From contig CAVUMN010000003.1 in the NCBI GenBank assembly GCA_963742735.1, forward strand, positions 736,001 to 800,000: a stretch of 64,000 bases of DNA, given 5' to 3'. The DNA comes from an uncultured Actinomycetes bacterium (GTDB lineage: Bacteria > Actinomycetota > UBA4738 > JBBDTT01). The translations under genes were made by a program, and so were the position numbers. Below, piece after piece: positions 54,241 to 62,305 of this stretch; position 1 is the first letter of the stretch, and every line of letters starts with the position of its first letter. Under the pieces are notes generated by a model, which saw nothing but the letters and a program-made list of their open reading frames with translations, searched no databases and was not told the origin of the DNA.

Positions 54241-55047
54241 CAACATCTGGGGTGAGGCGGGAGAAATCCCGTTCCAAGTATCGGCTTATAACGGCGAACC
54301 CCTAGCTGTCAGAGGCTCTCTCTACAGTGGGCAACGCCGTGGGAAGTCTGTCGGGAGTGCAGCGAGAGATCGTCATCGGGAGCTTGCTCGGCGATGGCGG
54401 GATGCGCTGCAAGACCAACGCGCTTCTCGAGATCAATCATTCCTTCCGCCAGCGAAGCTACGTCGACTGGAAGTACAGCCGGCTGGCCGAGCTGGTAGCC
54501 ACGCCACCCAAGGTGCGACGTGGGAACGGCGGCAGGATCGCGTATCGATTCACGACGCGAAACCTGCCGGCGCTGACTCCCTACTTCGAGCTCTTCTACG
54601 GAGAAGGAAGCAAGCGCGTTCCATTCGTGGAACTCGCCCCGCTCACCCTTGCGGTGTGGTTCATGGACGATGGTTCGAGATCGAGAAACGCGGTGTATCT
54701 GAACACTCAACAGTTCGACGAGGCGAGTCAGATCCGTCTCCTCGAGCTTCTGCGGGAACAGTGGGGGATCGAAGGATCGCTCAATCGGGACAAGACCTAT
54801 CACCGGATTCGCATCTCGGTGACGGGGACGGCCCGGCTGGGCGAGATCGTCGGCCCGCATCTGCTTCCCGAGCTCAGATACAAGCTCCCGCAAGTGACCC
54901 CGTAACGACTGAGGCCGCGGCCTCGGTGGCGGACCACTGCCTGGTACTCCCAGGCAAATCTACGGCCGCCACAACACGCCGACCCCTCGCCTTTGGTCAG
55001 GCAGGGTGAAGACATAGTCTGCGCCACTGGTAACAGTGGATCCCGTG
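54241..55047 (+). mobile_element. Group I self-splicing intron in 23S rRNA after U2500 (E. coli numbering), IA-like with P7 extensions
   Basis: 5' exon ends in U, intron ends in G; P1, P3, P4, P7, P9 and P10 pairings can be read by eye; S element AAGACATAGTC. Confidence 0.93.
54327..54905 (+). CDS. Intron-encoded LAGLIDADG homing endonuclease (two-motif, LAGLIDADG_2 / I-SceI-like)
   Basis: IVIGSLLGDG and LAVWFMDDG helices, YVDWKY, YRFTT, LNTQQF, terminal LRYKL. Confidence 0.9.
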   Translation: MGNAVGSLSGVQREIVIGSLLGDGGMRCKTNALLEINHSFRQRSYVDWKYSRLAELVATPPKVRRGNGGRIAYRFTTRNLPALTPYFELFYGEGSKRVPFVELAPLTLAVWFMDDGSRSRNAVYLNTQQFDEASQIRLLELLREQWGIEGSLNRDKTYHRIRISVTGTARLGEIVGPHLLPELRYKLPQVTP

Positions 55048-55063
55048 CGATGTCGGCTCGTCG

Positions 55064-55114
<51 letters not shown>

Positions 55115-55133
55115 CGGTACGCGAGCTGGGTTT

Positions 55134-55164
<31 letters not shown>

Positions 55165-55283
55165 TCCGTGGGCGTAGGAAACTTGAGGGGAGCTGTCCCT
55201 AGTACGAGAGGACCGGGACGGACGCACCTCTGGTGTGCCAGTTGTCGCGCCAGCGGCACGGCTGGTTAGCCACGTGCGGAAGA

Positions 55284-55314
<31 letters not shown>

Positions 55315-55508
55315 TTGCCCCGAGATGAGGTTTCCCATCCCTTTGTGGAGTAAGGCCCCTCGCAGACTACGAGGTTGATAGGCCGGAGGTGTACGCACGG
55401 CAACGTGTTCAGCCGACCGGTACTAATAGGCCGAGGACTTGACTTTGCTCGCGCTCGCTATGCGGTTCATCCAAGGTAACCGCTCGCACACCTCGCAAGA
55501 TCCGAGGT

Positions 55509-55627
55509 TTCTCGGTGACCATAGCGGAGGGGTCACACCCGGTCCCATCCCGAACCCGGAAGTTAAGCCCTCCTGCGCCGATGGTACTGCCCTGGAGACG
55601 GGGTGGGAGAGTAGGTCGTCGCCGGGA
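55509..55627 (+). rRNA. rrf: 5S ribosomal RNA
   Basis: CACACCCGGTCCCATCCCGAACCCGGAAGTTAAG...GATGGTACTG...GGGAGAGTAGGTC. Confidence 0.97.
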
Positions 55628-55636
55628 TTATTCGCA

Positions 55637-55670
55637 CGAGAGCCGCCTTTCGAGGCGGCTCTCGGCGTTT
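55637..55670 (+). terminator. rRNA operon intrinsic terminator
   Basis: CGAGAGCCGCC-TTTCGA-GGCGGCTCTCG perfect 11-bp stem followed by GCGTTT. Confidence 0.8.
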
Positions 55671-55695
55671 GGGGCCCCTTCTGTACTCTCTGCGC

Positions 55696-56634
55696 ATGGC
55701 CGGTCGCAGGTACCAACCCACTCGAGGCGCTCGCGGTCCGTCGCGCCGTCCGCCGGCGGGGCGTGACCCGCGCAAGCGGCTCGTCCAGCAGGTGGAGCGG
55801 TCCGCCAAGCCGGGGTTGGGGCGCCAGGCCGGCGAGCTCGTGGAGAAGGCCGTCGACAAGCTCGGGCGGGGCGACCCGAAGGCCGCCCTCGAGCCCGCGG
55901 TCCGGGCCCGCGAGCTGGCCCCCCGGGCGCCGGCCGCGCGCGAGGTTCTGGGTATGGCCCTGTACGCCCTCGGCCGTTACCAGGAGGCACTCCGCGAGCT
56001 CCAGGCGTACCGGCGGATCACCGGCCGGGCCGACCAGAACCACCTGATCGCCGACTGCTTCCGAGCGCTTGGCGCACCGGAGAAGGCCGTGCCCATCGCC
56101 GAGGAGGCCATGCGCGCACAGATCGCCGAGGAGCCGCGGGCCGAGGCCACGGTCGTGGGGGCCTCCGCCCTGGCCGATCTCGGTCGCTACGCCGAGGCCC
56201 TCGCCCTGCTGCATCGCTGGCGGCCCGACCCCACGAAGGGCACGCGCTCCTGGGACCTGCGGGTCCGCTACGTGCTGGCCGACGTCCTGGAGAAGCTCGG
56301 CCGAACCGACGACGCCCGCGAGGCGTTCGAGGGCATCCTTCGCCACGACACCGACGCGTTCGACGTCCATGACCGCCTCGCGGCGCTGCCGGCGCCTCCG
56401 CGCGCGGCCGCCCCCGACCGCCCCGCCCGCGCGAAGGGCAAGGCGGCGGCCGGGAAGGGGGCCGCCGCCGCGAGGAAGCCCGTCGCGCCCAAGAAGCCGG
56501 TGGCTCGGAAGAAGCCGGTGGCCAGGACGAAGCCCGTCGCGCGGAAGAAACCCGTCGCGCGCAAGAAGCCGGCGGTCAGGAAGACGATGGCGGCTCGGAA
56601 GCCGTCGCCGCGCGGGCGCGGACGTAGCGGCTGA
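55696..56634 (+). CDS. Tetratricopeptide-repeat protein with a Lys/Arg-rich histone-like C-terminal tail
   Basis: TPR-like helices (AREVLGMALYALGRYQEAL, ADCFRALG, YVLADVLEKLGR); KKPVAR repeats. Confidence 0.85.
   Translation: MAGRRYQPTRGARGPSRRPPAGRDPRKRLVQQVERSAKPGLGRQAGELVEKAVDKLGRGDPKAALEPAVRARELAPRAPAAREVLGMALYALGRYQEALRELQAYRRITGRADQNHLIADCFRALGAPEKAVPIAEEAMRAQIAEEPRAEATVVGASALADLGRYAEALALLHRWRPDPTKGTRSWDLRVRYVLADVLEKLGRTDDAREAFEGILRHDTDAFDVHDRLAALPAPPRAAAPDRPARAKGKAAAGKGAAAARKPVAPKKPVARKKPVARTKPVARKKPVARKKPAVRKTMAARKPSPRGRGRSG
56473..56598 (+). repeat. About 7 imperfect 18-nt tandem repeats encoding (K/R)KPVAR
   Basis: AAGAAGCCGGTGGCTCGG-like units in phase with the TPR ORF. Confidence 0.85.
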
Positions 56635-57538
56635 GGCCCATCGCGTTCATCCGGACCGAGGACAGCAGCTCGTAGCGCTCGATCAGCCACGGGTCGCGCT
56701 TGCGCGGATTGAACTCGCTCGCGACGCGAACCTCCAGGAGCTCCGTGATCCGGTCGAGGTCCGCCTCGGGCTCCTCCGCCAGGATCTCCTCCACCACCCA
56801 CGTCCACTTGCGCAGTCGATGCTCGGCCAGCTCGCACAGATGGTCGACCTGGGCGGCCGGGCCGAAGTGGCTGAACAGCAGCGCGCTCGGCTTGCGGTCG
56901 CGGATCCGGTGGACGCTCTGTACGGCGAGGTCCAGGTCGAACTCGGGGGGCGGCGTGGCCGGACGCAGGATGCCCACGTCGGACAGGAACACGCCGAGGG
57001 CGTCGCCGGTGAACAGGGCCTGTGTGTCGGAATCCACGAGCGCTACCTGGTGCCCCGCGTGGCCCGGCGTGTACATGACATCGAGCGAGCGGTTGCCGAA
57101 CGAGATCGTGTCGCCCTCGTCGATCGAACGGAGCCGTTCGGCGGGGATGGGGACGATCGGGCCGTACAGGCGATTCAGCTCCTCCTCGCCGCCGTAGACA
57201 CGCGCCGCGCTCGCCGTGAGCTTCGCCGGGTCCACCAGATGCGGCGCGCCCCGCGCGTGGACCCACACGGTCGCCTTCGGGTAGTGCTCGATCAGCGCGC
57301 CGGCACCGCCGGCGTGGTCCAGGTGGATGTGCGTGACCACGACGTGCGCGAGGTCCTCGGGGCCGATCCCCAGCGAGTCGAGCCCCGCGCGAAGGGCGTC
57401 GACCGACGTGGTCGGGCCGGTCTCGACGATCGCCGGCTGGTCGGCGTGGATCAGGTACGCCGACGTCACCCGCTCCTGGCCGCACATGACCGTGTCGATC
57501 GCGGTGATGCCGGCCGCCGCCTCGAACGTGCTCGCCAC
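56576..57538 (-). CDS. MBL-fold metallo-hydrolase
   Basis: THIHLDHAGG, TPGHAGH, FTGDA, SHFG. Confidence 0.92.
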   Translation of the reverse strand: MASTFEAAAGITAIDTVMCGQERVTSAYLIHADQPAIVETGPTTSVDALRAGLDSLGIGPEDLAHVVVTHIHLDHAGGAGALIEHYPKATVWVHARGAPHLVDPAKLTASAARVYGGEEELNRLYGPIVPIPAERLRSIDEGDTISFGNRSLDVMYTPGHAGHQVALVDSDTQALFTGDALGVFLSDVGILRPATPPPEFDLDLAVQSVHRIRDRKPSALLFSHFGPAAQVDHLCELAEHRLRKWTWVVEEILAEEPEADLDRITELLEVRVASEFNPRKRDPWLIERYELLSSVRMNAMGLSRYVRARAATASEPPSSS

Positions 57539-57623
57539 GGGCGGCAGTCTACCGGGGGGTCTGTCAGTGCCCCCTGATAGCGTCGAGCCGATCGACCTCC
57601 CCCGGGTGTCGAGAGGAGGAGGC

Positions 57624-57935
57624 ATGGTCACGGTCAACGTCGTGGTCCTGGCGGGAACGCTCGCCGCGGACCCGGAGGTCATCGAGCTGCCGTCGGGGGA
57701 CCTGGTGTCGAAGCTCCGGCTGCAGGTCCCGGAGACGGGCAAGCGGGTGCTGCCGCTCGCGATCTCCGCGTGGACGGCGCCCACCCGGCGCGCGTCGAAG
57801 GACCTCACCAAGGGCGACCGGGTGATGGTCCAGGGCCACCTTGAGCGTCGGTTCTACAGGAACGGCGGCGGCGCGAGCTCCATCACCGAGGTGGTCGCCA
57901 AGGAGATCCGGCGGCTCCCGGAAAACCCCGACTGA
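57624..57935 (+). CDS. Short single-stranded DNA-binding (OB-fold) protein without acidic tail
   Basis: VNVVVLAGTLAADPE...KGDRVMVQGHLERR...TEVVA; strong SD GAGGAGG. Confidence 0.85.
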   Translation: MVTVNVVVLAGTLAADPEVIELPSGDLVSKLRLQVPETGKRVLPLAISAWTAPTRRASKDLTKGDRVMVQGHLERRFYRNGGGASSITEVVAKEIRRLPENPD

Positions 57936-57997
57936 GCAGGGAGAAGTCGGTTCCGCGCGAATAGGAAAGGAGGCAACCGGAAGGGTAGGGTTCGCAC

Positions 57998-58486
57998 ATG
58001 GCTTTCAGAGAGGGTTCAGACACCCGGATCCGCTACGGGCGCGTGCTGGGGCTGCTGTTCATCGCGGCCGGCTTCTCCGTGATCGGCGTCGCCTGGAACG
58101 GCGCCGCGAGCGTGGCGTGCGTCGACTGTCAGTTCCCGTACCTGATCTCCGGCGGCGCGACGGGCCTGGGCCTGATCGTGCTCGGGGGGACCCTCCTGGT
58201 GATCTCGTCCCTGCGGGCCGAGCGCATGCACCTGCAGGACACGCTGGAGTCCGGCCGTGGGCTCGTGGCGGGCAACGGGGCGGAGGTCGCGGGGAGCCGT
58301 ACCGGCGCCACCTCGAACGGGAGCGTGGTCATCGGCCGCTCCACGTACCACCGCCCGGACTGCCGGCTGGTGAAGGGCAAGACCGACCTCGAGCGGGCCT
58401 CGGTCGCCGAGGCGGCGGCCAGCGGGCTGAGCGCGTGCCGGGTGTGCAACCCGGCGACGGCGGACGCGGCCTCGGCGAAGAAGTAA
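57998..58486 (+). CDS. Two-TM membrane protein with a C-terminal Ada-like metal-binding motif
   Basis: TM helices around QFPYLISGG; YHRPDC...ACRVCNP. Confidence 0.7.
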   Translation: MAFREGSDTRIRYGRVLGLLFIAAGFSVIGVAWNGAASVACVDCQFPYLISGGATGLGLIVLGGTLLVISSLRAERMHLQDTLESGRGLVAGNGAEVAGSRTGATSNGSVVIGRSTYHRPDCRLVKGKTDLERASVAEAAASGLSACRVCNPATADAASAKK

Positions 58487-58502
58487 GCGGCGGGCCCGGC
58501 CG

Positions 58503-59219
58503 TCAGGCCGGCGTGCCCAGGTACGCCTTGCGGATGTCCTGGGTCTCCATGAGGGCCTTGCGGTCGCCCTCGTAGATGATCTGGCCCTTCTGCATGATGA
58601 ACGCGCGGTCGACCACCTTGAGGGCGCCCACGTTCTGCTCGACCAGCAGGACCGTCACCCCGTCCTCGTTGATCCGCTTCACGATCTTGAGCACGTCCTG
58701 GACGAGCTTGGGGGACAGGCCCAGGGAGGCCTCGTCGATGAGCAGGAGGCGGGGCTTGGCCATCAGGCCCCGGCCGATGGCGAGCATCTGCTGCTCGCCG
58801 CCCGACAGCGTGCCGGCCATCTGGCTGCGGCGCTCCCCGAGGACCGGGAAGTAGTCGTAGACCTGGTCGGCCCGCTCGCGCACGAACTTCGCGTTCTTGC
58901 GCTGGGGCCAGGCGCCCATCCGCAGGTTGTTCGCCACCGACAGCGCCGGGAACACGTGGCGGCCCTCGGGGACCAGCACGATGCCGAGCTTGACCAGCTC
59001 CGTCGTGTCGAGCTTGTGGATGGGCTGGTCGTCGAACCGGATGCGTCCGGCCCACGCCTTGAGCATGCCGGCGATGGACAGCACGGTGGTGGTCTTGCCG
59101 GCGCCGTTCAGGCCGAGCATCGCCGCGGTCTCGCCCTCGTTCAGGCTGAAGGACACACCGTGCAGGACCGGCGTGGCGCCGTAGCCGGTGTAGATGTCGT
59201 CGACCTCGAGCAAGGCCAT
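58503..59219 (-). CDS. ABC transporter ATP-binding protein, LivF-like
   Basis: GLNGAGKTT, VPEGR, LSGGEQQMLAIGR, LLVEQN. Confidence 0.93.
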   Translation of the reverse strand: MALLEVDDIYTGYGATPVLHGVSFSLNEGETAAMLGLNGAGKTTTVLSIAGMLKAWAGRIRFDDQPIHKLDTTELVKLGIVLVPEGRHVFPALSVANNLRMGAWPQRKNAKFVRERADQVYDYFPVLGERRSQMAGTLSGGEQQMLAIGRGLMAKPRLLLIDEASLGLSPKLVQDVLKIVKRINEDGVTVLLVEQNVGALKVVDRAFIMQKGQIIYEGDRKALMETQDIRKAYLGTPA

Positions 59220-60004
59220 CAGTGCGCCTCCGCGTCCTCGACCTCGCCGCCCAGGTAGGCGGTGACCACCTCGGGATGGCGCTGGATCTCCTCCGGGGGC
59301 CCGTCGGCGAGCAGCTGCCCGAAGTTCAGCGCGAACACGTAGTCGCACACCTCGACCACCAGCGGCACGTGGTGCTCGATCATCAGGATGGTCAGGTTCA
59401 GCGCCGAGCGCAGGAACGTCAGCGTCTCGCCCAGCGTGTGGGCCTCCTCCGGGCTCATGCCCGAGGACGGCTCGTCCAGCAGCAGGATGTCCGGGTCGGT
59501 GGCCAGGGCCATTGCCAGGTCGCACAGCTTCTGCGTGCCGTACGGGAGCCCGCCCACGCTCTCGTAGGCCAGGTGGAGCAGACCCAGGAAGTCCAGGATC
59601 TCCTCGGCGTTGCGCCGCAGCTGGCGCTCTTCGGAGAAGGATTGCGGCGAGCCGATCATGCCGCTCAGCGGCCCGTAGGCGACGTGAGCGTGCTGCGCGG
59701 TGAGGACGTTCTCGAGGACCGTCAGGGTGCGGACCACGCCGAGGTTCTGCCACGTGCGTCCCATCCCCAGGGCGGCGCGCTTGTGGGGTGCCAGGCCGGA
59801 GACGTCCTTGCCGCGGTAGGTCACCGTGCCCCGGTCCGGCTTGTAGATCCCGGACAGGCAGTTGAACAGGGTCGTCTTGCCGGCGCCGTTCGGCCCGATC
59901 AGCCCGACGATCTCCCACTCGCCGACCTGGATGTCCACGCCGTCGAGGGCCTGCAGGCCGCCGAAGCGGATGCTCATGTCCTTGACGTCGAGGACGGAGG
60001 TCAT
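59219..60004 (-). CDS. ABC transporter ATP-binding protein, LivG-like
   Basis: GPNGAGKTT, LPYGTQK, LLLDEP, IEHH, VVTAYLG. Confidence 0.93.
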   Translation of the reverse strand: MTSVLDVKDMSIRFGGLQALDGVDIQVGEWEIVGLIGPNGAGKTTLFNCLSGIYKPDRGTVTYRGKDVSGLAPHKRAALGMGRTWQNLGVVRTLTVLENVLTAQHAHVAYGPLSGMIGSPQSFSEERQLRRNAEEILDFLGLLHLAYESVGGLPYGTQKLCDLAMALATDPDILLLDEPSSGMSPEEAHTLGETLTFLRSALNLTILMIEHHVPLVVEVCDYVFALNFGQLLADGPPEEIQRHPEVVTAYLGGEVEDAEAH

Positions 60005-61398
60005 CGCTTCCTCCGACGCGTCGATCCGCCGTTGCCCTTGGTGGCGAGCTCGGGGGCGACCGGCAGCTCGCCGGTGTCCTCGACCGCGGGTTCGGCCTTG
60101 CCGTCGCCGGCCGCCTCGGCGATCGCTGCCGGCGTCAGGGGGGCGTGATGGGTGACCGCGCGCCCCATCGCGGCCTGGGCGCGGCGCAGGTAGAGACGCA
60201 GCAGGGAGACGACGAGCACGGCCAGGACGACCCCGAGGACGACGCCGATCCCGAGCTTGAACAGCCCCGAGCCGTCGAGCAGGGCGAAGCCCAGGATCAC
60301 GCCGAGCAGCAGCGGGAACCCCGCCATCTGGCCGGCCTCGTGCGTCGACTCGACGAGCAGGCCGCCCGAGAACCACCGCCGGAACGGCAGCAGCTGCTGG
60401 CCGATGCCGCCGGGATACAGCGTGATCGTCAGCAGGAGCAGCAGCGCGCCGAACAGCGGGGACAGCGTCTGGATCAGGACCTCGCCCACCAGCGGCGCGT
60501 TGAAGAACCCGCCGCCGGCAAGGTCCTGCACCACGAACGGGAAGATCGCGAAGAACACCGACCCGGAGATGACGCCGGCGCGCGACCCCAGGCCGCCGAC
60601 CACGGACATGAGCAGCCACACGAGCGCGCCCAGGAAGAAGAACTCGTTGTTGGTGACGATCTGGATCCAGTGCGCGAACAGGGAGCCGGCGACCCCCGCC
60701 ATGAAGCCGGTGAGCATGAAGGCGAACAGCTTGTACGCGGTCACGTTGATCCCCAGGGTCGCGGCGACCCGCTCGTCGTTGCGGATCGACACGATGGCCC
60801 GGCCCATCTTCGACTTCACCAGCCGCCAGTCGACGAAGACGAAGAGGCCGAGGAAGGCGATGCACAGGTAGGCGTAGGCGTGGCTCGACTCGAACGCGGC
60901 CGGACGCGGCGCGAGGGCACCCGAGCCGCCTCCCGTGAACGCTCGCCAGTTGAAGATCGTCGTCTCGGCCATCAAGCCGAAGGAGAGCGTGATCAGTGCC
61001 AGGTAGAGACCCTTGATCCGCAGGGCGATCAGCCCAAGGACGAGGGCGAGGACCGCGCCGCTGAGACCCGCCAGGGGAAGCGCGATCTCGAACCCGAGGT
61101 TCATCTCCGTGACGACGAAGGCCGAGATGAACGCGCCGATGCCGACGAAGGCCTGATGTCCCAGCGAGATCTGCCCGGCGTGTCCGGTGAGGACGTTGAT
61201 GGAGAGCCCGATGATGCCGAAGATCGCGGCCAGGGCGATGCGGTCGTCCCACACGATGTCGCCGAGGAGCGGGGTCGCCAGGATCGCGCCGACCAGGATG
61301 ATCGAGCCGATGACCCGGGCGGCGAAGCCCCGGGAGTCCGGCCGGAACCGGACGTGGGTCGTGGCGCCCTCGGTCAGCGTCGCCGCGGCGGTCGCCAC
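60001..61398 (-). CDS. ABC transporter permease, LivM-like
   Basis: GQISLGHQAF, YLALITL, IRNDERVAATLGIN, VGGLGS. Confidence 0.92.
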   Translation of the reverse strand: MATAAATLTEGATTHVRFRPDSRGFAARVIGSIILVGAILATPLLGDIVWDDRIALAAIFGIIGLSINVLTGHAGQISLGHQAFVGIGAFISAFVVTEMNLGFEIALPLAGLSGAVLALVLGLIALRIKGLYLALITLSFGLMAETTIFNWRAFTGGGSGALAPRPAAFESSHAYAYLCIAFLGLFVFVDWRLVKSKMGRAIVSIRNDERVAATLGINVTAYKLFAFMLTGFMAGVAGSLFAHWIQIVTNNEFFFLGALVWLLMSVVGGLGSRAGVISGSVFFAIFPFVVQDLAGGGFFNAPLVGEVLIQTLSPLFGALLLLLTITLYPGGIGQQLLPFRRWFSGGLLVESTHEAGQMAGFPLLLGVILGFALLDGSGLFKLGIGVVLGVVLAVLVVSLLRLYLRRAQAAMGRAVTHHAPLTPAAIAEAAGDGKAEPAVEDTGELPVAPELATKGNGGSTRRRKR

Positions 61399-61399
61399 C

Positions 61400-62272
61400 T
61401 CAGGCCTCCTTCCCCAGGAGGCCCTGGGGCCGGATCATCAGCACGAGCAGCAGCATCGCGAAGACCGCGAGGTCCGATCCGCCGGGGACGCCCAGCTGCT
61501 GGTTGAGCAGGTAGATCCCCAGCGCGTTCTGGGCCACCCCGACCATCAGGCCGCCGATGAACGCACCCGGAAGGCTGGTCATCCCGCCGAGGACGGCGGC
61601 GACGAACGCGGGCACCAGCGAAGTGGACGTCATGAACCCGGGCGTGAAGATCGTGATGGGCGCCTGGAGGATGCCGGCGATCCCGCCGAGCAACGCGGCG
61701 CCGGCCCAGATGAACCGGCTCATGCCCGGGACGCTGATGCCGACGATCTGGGTGGCCAGCGGGTCCTGCGACGTCGCCAGGATCGCCAGGCCCCGGTCGG
61801 TCCGGAAGAAGATCGCCAGCACGACGGCGAGCCCCGCCAGGGCCACGGCCACCAGGACCTGCTGGGGGATCACGCCCGCCCCGAAGATGAACAGCGGGTC
61901 GCCCTGGACCAGCGGCTCCAGGTAACGGGGCTCGGGCTTCCCGAACAGGATCGTCAACGAGATGATGAACAGGGCGACGCCCACCGTCGCCACCAGGAGC
62001 GCGATCTTCGACGCGTTCAGGAGCGGACGGATGACCAGCCGCTCCACGATCAGGCCCAGCGCCACCGCGGCCACCAGCCCGATCGCCACCGCCACCAGGT
62101 AGGGGAGCTTGATGTTCTGATACATCGCCCACGTGGTGTAGGCCGCGACGGTGCCGAACTCGCCCTGGGCGAAGTTGAAGACCCGCGTGCCCTTGTAGAC
62201 GAGGACCAGGCCGACCGCCAGCAGGCCGTACACCGCACCCTGGAACAGCCCGATGATCGTGAACTTCAGCAC
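61400..62272 (-). CDS. ABC transporter permease, LivH-like
   Basis: GAVYGLLAVGLVLVY...FNFAQG, AAVLGG. Confidence 0.92.
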   Translation of the reverse strand: MLKFTIIGLFQGAVYGLLAVGLVLVYKGTRVFNFAQGEFGTVAAYTTWAMYQNIKLPYLVAVAIGLVAAVALGLIVERLVIRPLLNASKIALLVATVGVALFIISLTILFGKPEPRYLEPLVQGDPLFIFGAGVIPQQVLVAVALAGLAVVLAIFFRTDRGLAILATSQDPLATQIVGISVPGMSRFIWAGAALLGGIAGILQAPITIFTPGFMTSTSLVPAFVAAVLGGMTSLPGAFIGGLMVGVAQNALGIYLLNQQLGVPGGSDLAVFAMLLLVLMIRPQGLLGKEA

Positions 62273-62305
62273 GGTGCCGGGCCCTCCCCGCCGGGTGCCA
62301 CTACG

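Noticed and set aside
54309-54893. 194-aa ORF antisense to the intron endonuclease
   Set aside because: No motifs; mirror of the LAGLIDADG ORF
56473-56598. Tandem repeats as a possible CRISPR array
   Set aside because: No unique spacers; the repeats are in-frame coding units and no cas genes are present
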